Shown here in pieces: positions 56,306 to 64,000 of a DNA stretch of 64,000 nt. Below the pieces are notes generated by a model that did not search any database, was not told the origin of the DNA, and saw only the letters and a list, made by a program, of their open reading frames with translations. Made by a program: the position numbers and the translations under genes. This stretch comes from Candidatus Caldarchaeum sp. (GTDB lineage Archaea > Thermoproteota > Nitrososphaeria_A > Caldarchaeales > Caldarchaeaceae), in contig JAWACZ010000004.1 in the NCBI GenBank assembly GCA_038896555.1, forward strand, positions 4,792 through 68,791, given 5' to 3'. The number at the start of each line of letters is the position of its first letter. Position 1 is the first letter of the stretch.

Positions 56306-57409
56306 TTAAGCGCTGGCGAGATTTTTGTTAACGAAACCTACTCCATCTATCTCAATCATCCCTCTTTCGTTCAAAGACCCATGCACTCTTGCTTTGCAGC
56401 CAGTCAAAATCTGGCATAACTTTACGCTGGTCAGAGTGTGGCTTGTCAGCTTCGTCACCTCATAGACTGAGCGGCAGTCCGCTAAGGCGGCGTAGATTGT
56501 GAGCATGTCGCCTAAATGTCTGTCAACAGGCGCTTTTTGCTGCAGCTCGGAGACAAGGTCCTCAGCGGCTGCCTGCCCAACCTTTTCAGCTGGCACACCT
56601 TTCTCGCCAAGCCTGTCAACACCTATGCGAACCCCGTTCTCGCAAACGGCAACAAGGCATACCCCAGCGCCGGCGTCCAGGGCGCACTTTGCATCAACCT
56701 CCGTCAAAACTTCTTTTTCAATGAATACGTTTTCATAGCCTTTTTCAACCAAGTGTTTTTCACATGTTTTTGCCATCCGCTCAGCGACATGAGATGGAAG
56801 GCGGGAGGTGTAAGCTATCCCCACGACCTTAACCACTTTAGGCTCTCCTGTCAGATTTATCGGGATCAGCTTTCTGACAGGCCTGCACAACCCGCTGACC
56901 ATACCGTTCCCACGAGGGTAGAACCCTCTCTTCAAAAGCCTCAGCTCCACATCCAACCCCATGGACGCAACCGACGGAAGAAAAACTTGCTCGAAATACT
57001 CGTATGTGGGGGCGTTAGGGTTGTTTGTCCCACCCTTGACGCTGAAGCTTGTTAACCCTGTGCCAAAGCACAAGACCGGAAGCAAAGATTGGAGGACGAG
57101 CGTCGTGCTGCCTGCTGTACCGGTGTCAAGCTCAAGTCTCGATGTTGAAATCCTGCCTGGACTAAAATAAAGTTCGGTTGAGCCTATGAACGCCCCCTTC
57201 ACCTGGGCGGAACACGCTTTCTGCACGGCGGTAACAGCTGTCAGATGCTGGTTGCGAAGACCTGGGTTCTGTCTTTTTCGCCTGATGTTGGTTATGTGGA
57301 GTGGCTTTCCTAGAACGGCTGAGATGGCCAAGGCTACGCGTAAAACCTGTCCACCACCCTCGCCTATTGAGCCGTCTAGCTGAACGTAATCCTCCATCCA
57401 ATCAGACAA
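56306..57409 (-). CDS. rtcA: RNA 3'-terminal phosphate cyclase
   Basis: DGSIGEGGGQVLR, PGLRNQH, RGFYP, DRHLGD. Confidence 0.93.
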   Translation of the reverse strand: MSDWMEDYVQLDGSIGEGGGQVLRVALAISAVLGKPLHITNIRRKRQNPGLRNQHLTAVTAVQKACSAQVKGAFIGSTELYFSPGRISTSRLELDTGTAGSTTLVLQSLLPVLCFGTGLTSFSVKGGTNNPNAPTYEYFEQVFLPSVASMGLDVELRLLKRGFYPRGNGMVSGLCRPVRKLIPINLTGEPKVVKVVGIAYTSRLPSHVAERMAKTCEKHLVEKGYENVFIEKEVLTEVDAKCALDAGAGVCLVAVCENGVRIGVDRLGEKGVPAEKVGQAAAEDLVSELQQKAPVDRHLGDMLTIYAALADCRSVYEVTKLTSHTLTSVKLCQILTGCKARVHGSLNERGMIEIDGVGFVNKNLASA

Positions 57410-57486
57410 AGGGATCGATTGTTTTTATGGATTGACGTGTTAAGAGTTAATTAGAGGCGATACAAGTAACTGGCTGGGTCTCAAGG

Positions 57487-58092
57487 TTGGCTGCACCATT
57501 ATACTACCCTGGAGCTACAACGGTGGGCATAAGGGGACGTGACTGCGTCGCTATCGCAGCGGAGAAGAGGTTTGCCTATGGATATTTTGTCATGTCTAAA
57601 CAAGCCCGTAAAGTCTTCAAAATAACAAACTACGTGGGAGCGGCGTGCGCCGGAGTAGTGGCAGACATGCAAAACCTTATAAAGGAAGTGACGGCGGTAG
57701 CTAACCTGTACAAGCTCGAGCAGAACATAGAGCCCAACGTTAGAACAGTGGCTAAAATACTGTCATGGAACCTTTTCGGCAACAGGTTTTTTCCATACTT
57801 CATGGAAACTATTGTCGGCGGCGTTGACCGAGAGGGGCCCCACGTAATAGTCCTCGACCCCCTAGGCTCAATGATTGAAGATGATTACGCTGTCGTTGGG
57901 ACCGGCGCCGAGATAGCGGTGGGTGTTATTGAAAACCTGTACAAACGCGACATGGGGCCGGCCGAGGTTTACGAACTTGCCGCAAAATCCATCAAAGCCT
58001 CAATATCTAGGGATGCGGGCAGCGGTAACGGGATAGACATTTTGCTTTACACGTCAAACGGCCTGAAAGCAGATGACACGATAAGCCTTTAA
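57487..58092 (+). CDS. psmB: Proteasome beta subunit
   Basis: ATTVGI...AAEKR, G.VAD.Q, RDAGSG.GID. Confidence 0.9.
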   Translation: MAAPLYYPGATTVGIRGRDCVAIAAEKRFAYGYFVMSKQARKVFKITNYVGAACAGVVADMQNLIKEVTAVANLYKLEQNIEPNVRTVAKILSWNLFGNRFFPYFMETIVGGVDREGPHVIVLDPLGSMIEDDYAVVGTGAEIAVGVIENLYKRDMGPAEVYELAAKSIKASISRDAGSGNGIDILLYTSNGLKADDTISL

Positions 58093-58134
58093 TGCTTTTT
58101 AGACCTAATATTTAAATGGCGCCCGTGGAAAAAC

Positions 58135-58887
58135 TTGACGAGGTTGCAGAACCTCTCTCTGAGGGAGAAAGTATTGATTTACTTGGCTGAAACAGGCGCT
58201 ATAACCAACAGCCTCAAAATCACCACCCCAATCCTGTCAAAACATTTCGGAACGTCCCAGCAATCAGCCTCTAGGCTTTTGATAATCTTGGAGAGAGACG
58301 GATTGATTGAAAGACGTGTAGTAGGAAGGACCAGCTACGTCAAACTGACAAAGAAAGGGGTGGCGCGTCTGCTGGACCTCTATCTTTCGTTGAAGATGGT
58401 TTTCGAAAGACCCGTCAAGATTGTTATGGAAGGACGTGTTTTCTCAGGCTATGGTGAAGGGACTTACTACATGAGCCTGCCCGGCTACGTAAAACAGATG
58501 AAGGAAAAATTCGGCTTCATCCCGTATCCAGGCACGTTGAACGTATCTCTGCTGTCCAAGGACTCGATCGAGAATAAGCTGTTTCTTCAGAAGCATGCCG
58601 ACATCGAGATAAGCGGCTTCCGTGACGAGAAACGAACCTACGGACTTGTGAAAGCCATAAAAGTGCTGGTTAACGATACCCAGCCAGCTGTTATGGTTTT
58701 CCCTGAGAGAACCCTTTACGACAGCTCTGTAGCCGAGCTCGTGGCCGAGGAGAACCTTAGGGAAAAGCTTGGCTTGAAAGACGGTTCACTGATAAAAATC
58801 TCAGCCACCCTTCCACCCAAGCTTTTCTATGAAGGATTCAAACCAGGCAGCTTAACATCTCAACCTTCGACGCATAATACGTCTTAG
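58135..58887 (+). CDS. ribK: wHTH-fused CTP-dependent riboflavin kinase (RbkR-type)
   Basis: SQQSASR HTH; GRVFSGYGEG.YY, PYPGTLN. Confidence 0.9.
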   Translation: MTRLQNLSLREKVLIYLAETGAITNSLKITTPILSKHFGTSQQSASRLLIILERDGLIERRVVGRTSYVKLTKKGVARLLDLYLSLKMVFERPVKIVMEGRVFSGYGEGTYYMSLPGYVKQMKEKFGFIPYPGTLNVSLLSKDSIENKLFLQKHADIEISGFRDEKRTYGLVKAIKVLVNDTQPAVMVFPERTLYDSSVAELVAEENLREKLGLKDGSLIKISATLPPKLFYEGFKPGSLTSQPSTHNTS

Positions 58888-59301
58888 CACGTCGCTGCTG
58901 CTCATAGGGTTGACTTTATACTTTTTAAGAGTAACAACCTTTATCTTCAGCCTTCGTTCTCTGCAGAATTTTAAGAATGCTTTCTTTATTCTTGTCTGGT
59001 CGTAGCCGAAAGCCACGACGTCGGGTTTCACCTTCTTCAGCACCTTCTCAAAGGATAGCGGGTCGTAGCCTACAATCGCCTGGTCAACAGGCTTCAAGAA
59101 CTCGACCATTTTCTTCCTTTCTCTTGCTGCGAACACAGGCGGTCTCCTCTTATTCTTCATAACCGTCTTGTCAGACGCAACCAGGACGATGAGCTTTGAT
59201 TTAGGTCCGCCGACCTTCTTCGCGTCGGAAAACATTTTCATATGTCCTAGGTGGAGTATGTCGAAGGCTCCTGTGGTAAGGACAACTTTTGGCTTCACCA
59301 C
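58852..59301 (-). CDS. ribL: Archaeal FAD synthase (cytidylyltransferase family)
   Basis: GAFDILHLGH, KPD...GYDQ; next to riboflavin kinase. Confidence 0.82.
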   Translation of the reverse strand: MVKPKVVLTTGAFDILHLGHMKMFSDAKKVGGPKSKLIVLVASDKTVMKNKRRPPVFAARERKKMVEFLKPVDQAIVGYDPLSFEKVLKKVKPDVVAFGYDQTRIKKAFLKFCRERRLKIKVVTLKKYKVNPMSSSDVLRRIMRRRLRC

Positions 59302-60314
59302 TTAAAATCCACCTCCTTCATAAGCCTCAACGCGTCCAGTAGCCCTTCGGCATATCCTATGGAAAGCAGCGAATTCATCATGTCGCCTGACTGCATGAAT
59401 TTCTCCGCATCTTCAACGTAACTTTTTACGTAATTAACATATTCCTCTAGACTCCTGTGCTTAGATACGTAGTTTAAGACTATCCTGCATTTTTCGACGT
59501 ACTTGTTTACCCTGCTGACGAACGGGTTCACGGCCGCGGCTTTGTCCAAAACCTCAGGGCTCAACGCATATGTTTTCACTATTTCACGCTCTGAGAAATG
59601 TAGGCTGGAGGGTATTATAAGACAGTGTGGAGGCTGTGGGAGACTCAGGCTTACTATGTCCTTGGCCAAGCATGCTTTTACCAAAGCATCTTCCGAACCA
59701 AGCTTAGCGACTACAATCGACAGCATATCGTCTCTGAATACCTCTCGCCTCATCAGCCTGGCTGCTTGCAGCAAGTTTTCAACCGCTGCGCATGCTGTAA
59801 GCCCTCCGCCTGCTGTGTCCAGAAGAAACAGAGTATGCAGCCCTCTTGACAGGTTTTCCTCAAGTGTCAGCAAAGGCTGAACATACATTTCGACCTCGTC
59901 AGCCTTCGGTATTGTCGCTATCTTTCCGAATTTGTAGACGTGAAGGCCTGAGACGCTGATTGCAGCCGAAATTATTGAGACGCCGTTAACTATCTTCACA
60001 CCCACGTTTTTTCGGACGGCGAGCGCCCACAAGGCTGCGTGCGTGGTAGCTATCAACGGGTCGCCGGGGGCAAGCACTCCAACAAGTTTGCTGTACGCCT
60101 CGTTTACGATACTGTTAGCCCCATCTTCAAGAATCTTGCGGTCAGCTACCACCATCTTCTTAACGATATCTTTTACATAGAGGAGGAAGTCTTCACTCCA
60201 CATGCTCGTGTAACTATCTACGTACACTATGTCGCACTCTCTCAACGCTTCCTCGGCGTCGTGGGTTAGGGAGCCTTTCCCCCCAAGACCTCCGCCGATC
60301 AGGTACAGCACCAT
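59295..60314 (-). CDS. dph5: Diphthine synthase with C-terminal DUF357-like domain
   Basis: DSYTS, GDPLIATTH, GLHVYKFG, HTLFLLD; tail SYVEDAEKF...YAEGLLDA. Confidence 0.9.
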   Translation of the reverse strand: MVLYLIGGGLGGKGSLTHDAEEALRECDIVYVDSYTSMWSEDFLLYVKDIVKKMVVADRKILEDGANSIVNEAYSKLVGVLAPGDPLIATTHAALWALAVRKNVGVKIVNGVSIISAAISVSGLHVYKFGKIATIPKADEVEMYVQPLLTLEENLSRGLHTLFLLDTAGGGLTACAAVENLLQAARLMRREVFRDDMLSIVVAKLGSEDALVKACLAKDIVSLSLPQPPHCLIIPSSLHFSEREIVKTYALSPEVLDKAAAVNPFVSRVNKYVEKCRIVLNYVSKHRSLEEYVNYVKSYVEDAEKFMQSGDMMNSLLSIGYAEGLLDALRLMKEVDFKW

Positions 60315-60345
60315 GTCCTGCTATTGTTATATTGAGCTGATTATA

Positions 60346-61404
60346 ATGGATTCTGGGTTGAAGGCGGTAATCCTGGCCGCTGGTTATGGAAAGAGGTTAA
60401 TGCCTCTTACGGCCGACAGGCCTAAGCACGTCTTGCCGTTGGCTGGAAAACCTCTCATCAGCCACACTGTGGAAGCCTTAGCTAAAGCCGGTTTAGCCAA
60501 AATAGGTATCCTGCTTGGATACCGTTCCGAGGAAATCGTGAATGCGTTGAAAAAGTTTGACGATGTTAAGCTGGAGTACATCTATCAAGAGAAAATAACG
60601 GGCACGGGAGCGGCCCTTAAAGAATGCATGGGTTTTCTAGCTGGGGAAGACCATTTTCTCGTTGTTTACGGCGACATAACCCTCACTCCAGAGGTCTTGA
60701 CCGCGCTTCTAGATTTCTTTAAACAAAGTAGGCTTGACGGCGTGCTGGCTGCTGTTGAAGTTGACGAAACCAAAGCCTACGGCGTGGTTGAAACAAGAGA
60801 TGGGTTGCTGAATAGGATTGTGGAAAAGGGAAAACTCCCCGGCCCAGTCAACGCTGGAATATACATACTCAGCGGCGACGTCTTCGAAGAGCTGGATAAA
60901 ACAACACCCTCCGTCAGGGGTGAAATAGAGCTTACAGACGCTCTGAACAGCCTTGTAGCTAAGGGGGCAAGGATAGGCGTGATATTTTTGGAGAAGGGAT
61001 GGTGGTTTGACATCGGTAGACCTGCTGACTACCTCGCCGCCAACCAAGCCTACATCGGCAAGCTTTTAGGCAAGGGGGTGATGGTTGAACAAAAAGCCTA
61101 CTTTGGAGACAAGGTTTCGCTAAAAGGCCCTCTCATAATAGGCCAGGAAGTCGTGATCGAAGACAACTGTGTGGTCGAGGGGCCGACAATGATCTGCGAG
61201 GGTGTGAAAATCGCTGCCGGCAGCGTTGTTAAAAGCAGCGTGATTTTAGAGGACTGCTACATAGGTCCCGGCTCAAAGCTTCATAACTCGATTTTATGCG
61301 AGAAAACAGTGCTTGAGAAAGGGGTTGAGGTGGTTGCAGATGGTTTTCCAGCATACATGAGCATGCCCGCGACGACGGTCAGGGAGAGGCTTAAAGTTGT
61401 CTGA
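60346..61404 (+). CDS. Sugar-phosphate nucleotidyltransferase with left-handed beta-helix tail
   Basis: ILAAGYGKRLMPLT..RPK, RGEIELTD, WFDIG, hexapeptide repeats. Confidence 0.9.
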   Translation: MDSGLKAVILAAGYGKRLMPLTADRPKHVLPLAGKPLISHTVEALAKAGLAKIGILLGYRSEEIVNALKKFDDVKLEYIYQEKITGTGAALKECMGFLAGEDHFLVVYGDITLTPEVLTALLDFFKQSRLDGVLAAVEVDETKAYGVVETRDGLLNRIVEKGKLPGPVNAGIYILSGDVFEELDKTTPSVRGEIELTDALNSLVAKGARIGVIFLEKGWWFDIGRPADYLAANQAYIGKLLGKGVMVEQKAYFGDKVSLKGPLIIGQEVVIEDNCVVEGPTMICEGVKIAAGSVVKSSVILEDCYIGPGSKLHNSILCEKTVLEKGVEVVADGFPAYMSMPATTVRERLKVV

Positions 61405-61975
61405 GCCTCAAAACGCTCCGCGCCACCATTTTCGCTAAACGCACGGGCTCAGGGTATCGACCTTCGAGAGTAAATTTATCAAGAAGTTTCTTAGCATCCT
61501 CGACGTCAATCCCAAAGCATCGTACAAAAAGTTTGTATCCTGTCTTCAGGATAACAGGGAGCCTCTCGCCGTTTCCTCTGTGGACTTCAAGCCTTTGCAC
61601 CCAGTCAAGGGGAAACCTTTTTTTAAACACCTCATCCAACCCGTCTGACTCCCTGTAGGTTATGCAGATGAGGGGTGTTGAGGTTATTTCGTATAGCTGT
61701 CGTAGGTTTACTACGTTGAACCAGCTTATCACACTGCCCCCCAGCAAAATGATGTTTATGTCGTCTCTGTCCAGGGTTTTCCACATCGATATTATCGAGT
61801 CAGTTGAGTCCATGCCGCCGACGGTGCAGGTGTTGAGCACCAGCCCGTCGACCAGTAGGTCTGAGCGCATAACTACGCCGGCTAGCATGGCTTTGCTCCC
61901 GATTTCCTTCCTGAAGCTTTCAGCTATCCCAAAGCATCTTACGCCCTTCTTACCTATGTTCACTCTCATGGGCAA
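61391..61975 (-). CDS. DUF99 family (endonuclease V-like) protein
   Basis: GIAES, GG.D.T, FNVV, PEPVRLA. Confidence 0.8.
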   Translation of the reverse strand: MPMRVNIGKKGVRCFGIAESFRKEIGSKAMLAGVVMRSDLLVDGLVLNTCTVGGMDSTDSIISMWKTLDRDDINIILLGGSVISWFNVVNLRQLYEITSTPLICITYRESDGLDEVFKKRFPLDWVQRLEVHRGNGERLPVILKTGYKLFVRCFGIDVEDAKKLLDKFTLEGRYPEPVRLAKMVARSVLRLRQL

Positions 61976-62918
61976 GGGCTTTCACAACCGCCGTCCACGC
62001 TCTCGCTACATTGTCTGGGTCGTAGCCGCCTCCCCCCATGGCTAAGATTTTACCCTCACATTTTTCCTCGGCGATTTTCTTCAGAGACACAGCGGCATGA
62101 CGATGTGCCTCAGGAGAGTACTGTAGGTTTGTTAGAGGGTCGCCCAAAAGTCCGTCGGCACCGCATTGAAGTAGGAGAAAATCAAACTCAAACTGTCTTA
62201 GAAAGTTTTCAACCTCCTCGAATGCTTTGATGAACTCGCCGTCCCCCGAGAAGGGCAGCAGCGGTATGTTTAGCTTTCTACCCTTGGCCCTTCCCTCGCC
62301 GGTCTCGTTCCTAAAACCTGTTCCCGGATAAAGTGTTCTCCCATCCTGATGGATGTCGGCGTAAATAACGCGTTCATCGCTGTAAAAGTCGTAGCAGACA
62401 CCATCGCCGTGATGGGCGTCAATGTCAACGTAGGCTATGTTGTTGACTCGCTCGACCTTCAGCAGGTATTCGATTGCAACGGCTGCGTCGTTGAATATGC
62501 AGAAACCACCTGCCCTATCACGTCGGGCGTGATGAAGCCCGCCCATAGGATTGAAGCCGCCTGCAAACTCTCCTCTCAGTATCCTCTTCAAAATGTCCAG
62601 AGTTGTTCCAACAACGTATGACGCTGCTTCAAAACAGCCGGGAAAGGCTGGAGTGTCACCGTAGTCCAAATAGCCATAGCCCTGTCTACACTTCTCCTCC
62701 ACAAACCTCATATACTTCTCGGTGTGGAAAAGAACAATCTCGTCGTAACCGGCTTTGACGGGTTTTACGAACACAGCGTTTTCAACAACCGATTTTTCCC
62801 TGCCGAGCAGCTCATAAAACCGTTCAAGCCTGACCTTGTTAAGCGGATGAGGTTCTGGGAAGCTGTACATCATAAGCTCCTCTCCCTTAGCAACAGCAAC
62901 CCTAGCCATGTTTTTCAC
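61950..62918 (-). CDS. Histone deacetylase / AcuC family deacetylase
   Basis: GGLHHA, GFCIFND, DIDAHHGDG, GGGGY. Confidence 0.93.
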   Translation of the reverse strand: MKNMARVAVAKGEELMMYSFPEPHPLNKVRLERFYELLGREKSVVENAVFVKPVKAGYDEIVLFHTEKYMRFVEEKCRQGYGYLDYGDTPAFPGCFEAASYVVGTTLDILKRILRGEFAGGFNPMGGLHHARRDRAGGFCIFNDAAVAIEYLLKVERVNNIAYVDIDAHHGDGVCYDFYSDERVIYADIHQDGRTLYPGTGFRNETGEGRAKGRKLNIPLLPFSGDGEFIKAFEEVENFLRQFEFDFLLLQCGADGLLGDPLTNLQYSPEAHRHAAVSLKKIAEEKCEGKILAMGGGGYDPDNVARAWTAVVKALAHESEHR

Positions 62919-62971
62919 AGAACAATACTAGATACATGAATTTATACGTCTTTAGCGTGGTTTGTAGAAGG

Positions 62972-64000
62972 TTGAGCAAAGTAGTTCTGTTCATGGACCT
63001 CGACTACTTTTTCGCACAGGTTGAGGAGGTTGAGAACCCTTCCTACAGAATCAGGCCTCTAGTTGTATGCGTTTATTCTGGAAGAACTGAAGACAGCGGA
63101 GTCATCAGCTCAGCCAACTACCTAGCTAGAAAATACGGGGTTAAGGCCGGGATGCCGATAAAAAGGGCAAAACATCTTCTTCCAAGCGACGCGGTCTACC
63201 TTCCCGTCAGGCTGGAACACTATGCAGCGGTCTCGAGGCAGGTGATGGCAATGCTTGAAAAGTACACCGACAGAGTGCGTGTTGAAAGCATTGACGAAGC
63301 CGTCATAGATATCACAGAAGTTGTAGAGAAGGATTTCAAAAAAGCGGAGGAGCTGGCCATAGAGCTGAAGAAAGAGCTAAGGGACAAAATGGCTTTGAAA
63401 TGCAGTATAGGTATAGCACCCAACAGAGTGGTTGCTAAGATTGCAGCCGATACAGCCAAGCCAGACGGCTTGAAAACTGTTAGGCCGGAGGAGGTGTTAG
63501 ATTTTCTCAAGCCGTTGCCAATCTCAGCCCTTCCCGGCATAGGCGTTAAAGCCGAGGCTTTACTGGAGGACATGGGGGTTAAAACAATAGGCGACCTAGC
63601 CGCCCAGCCCATAGAAGTCTTGGAAAAGCTTTTCGGCCCCAAGAAGGCCCGCTACATCTATCTTGCATCCCGCGGCGAGTTCGACGAACCCATACAGGAG
63701 AAGGGAACCGTGAAGCAGGTGAGCAAGATTATAACTTTAAAGAGGAACACCAAAGACCTAGAGGAAATAGTTTCTGCGCTAGCTCCTGTTGTGAACGTCG
63801 TCTTAGCAAGGCTTGAAACATACAGCCTCGAGGCAACGAAAGTTGGGATTGTAGCCATCACAGCCGACCTCAGAACGGTCACTAGGCAAACACAAATAAG
63901 GCCCGGAGCACATTTTGAGGAGACAATGAAGGCTGTTAAACAACTTTTCGAAGAACTTTTGCAGGAGGATGGGGGGATGGTCCTTCGAAGGGCTGGTGTG
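62972..64000 (+). CDS. dinB: Y-family DNA polymerase IV (Dpo4/DinB), runs off window end
   Basis: Manual translation: VLFMDLDYFFAQVEE, ANY.ARKYGV.AGMP, SIDEA, AKPDG, LPGIG. Confidence 0.92.
   Translation, partial: MSKVVLFMDLDYFFAQVEEVENPSYRIRPLVVCVYSGRTEDSGVISSANYLARKYGVKAGMPIKRAKHLLPSDAVYLPVRLEHYAAVSRQVMAMLEKYTDRVRVESIDEAVIDITEVVEKDFKKAEELAIELKKELRDKMALKCSIGIAPNRVVAKIAADTAKPDGLKTVRPEEVLDFLKPLPISALPGIGVKAEALLEDMGVKTIGDLAAQPIEVLEKLFGPKKARYIYLASRGEFDEPIQEKGTVKQVSKIITLKRNTKDLEEIVSALAPVVNVVLARLETYSLEATKVGIVAITADLRTVTRQTQIRPGAHFEETMKAVKQLFEELLQEDGGMVLRRAGV

Noticed and set aside
1..64000. CRISPR array, rRNA, transposase/integrase or provirus
   Set aside because: No periodic repeat-spacer pattern, rRNA-like stretch, recombinase motif or duplicated tRNA 3' end (att site) was seen

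Overview
Gene-dense core chromosomal segment of a TACK-type archaeon; gene content and tRNA style suggest Aigarchaeota/Caldarchaeales (inference, not a database result). It carries two ribosomal/RNAP clusters (L3-L4-L23-L2-S19; rpoD-L18e-L13-S9-rpoN-eno-S2), three DNA polymerases (PolB1-type, degenerate PolB2-type, partial PolY), priL, leuS, nurA-herA, nuoBCD, an E1a/E1b 2-oxoacid dehydrogenase with a free-standing lipoyl protein, redox/Fe-S genes, an ABC transporter, an orphan ESCRT-III gene and six tRNAs. Three tRNAs have BHB-type introns at non-canonical positions (24/25, 45/46, 51/52). The most striking feature is at 27138-27443 (minus strand). A second tRNA-Arg 5' exon with its own TATA-like box ends exactly at the intron site of the neighbouring tRNA-Arg(CCG) and continues into a ~140-nt G.U-rich rod-like RNA. 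Other leads are a CBS-HPF-like fusion (candidate ribosome hibernation factor), three paralogous beta-hairpin/winged-helix proteins beside nurA-herA, a DPM3-like membrane protein, an Arg-rich microprotein, and small ORFs missed by the ORF track. No CRISPR array, rRNA or transposase gene was seen. All calls are by eye from motifs; no searches were run.
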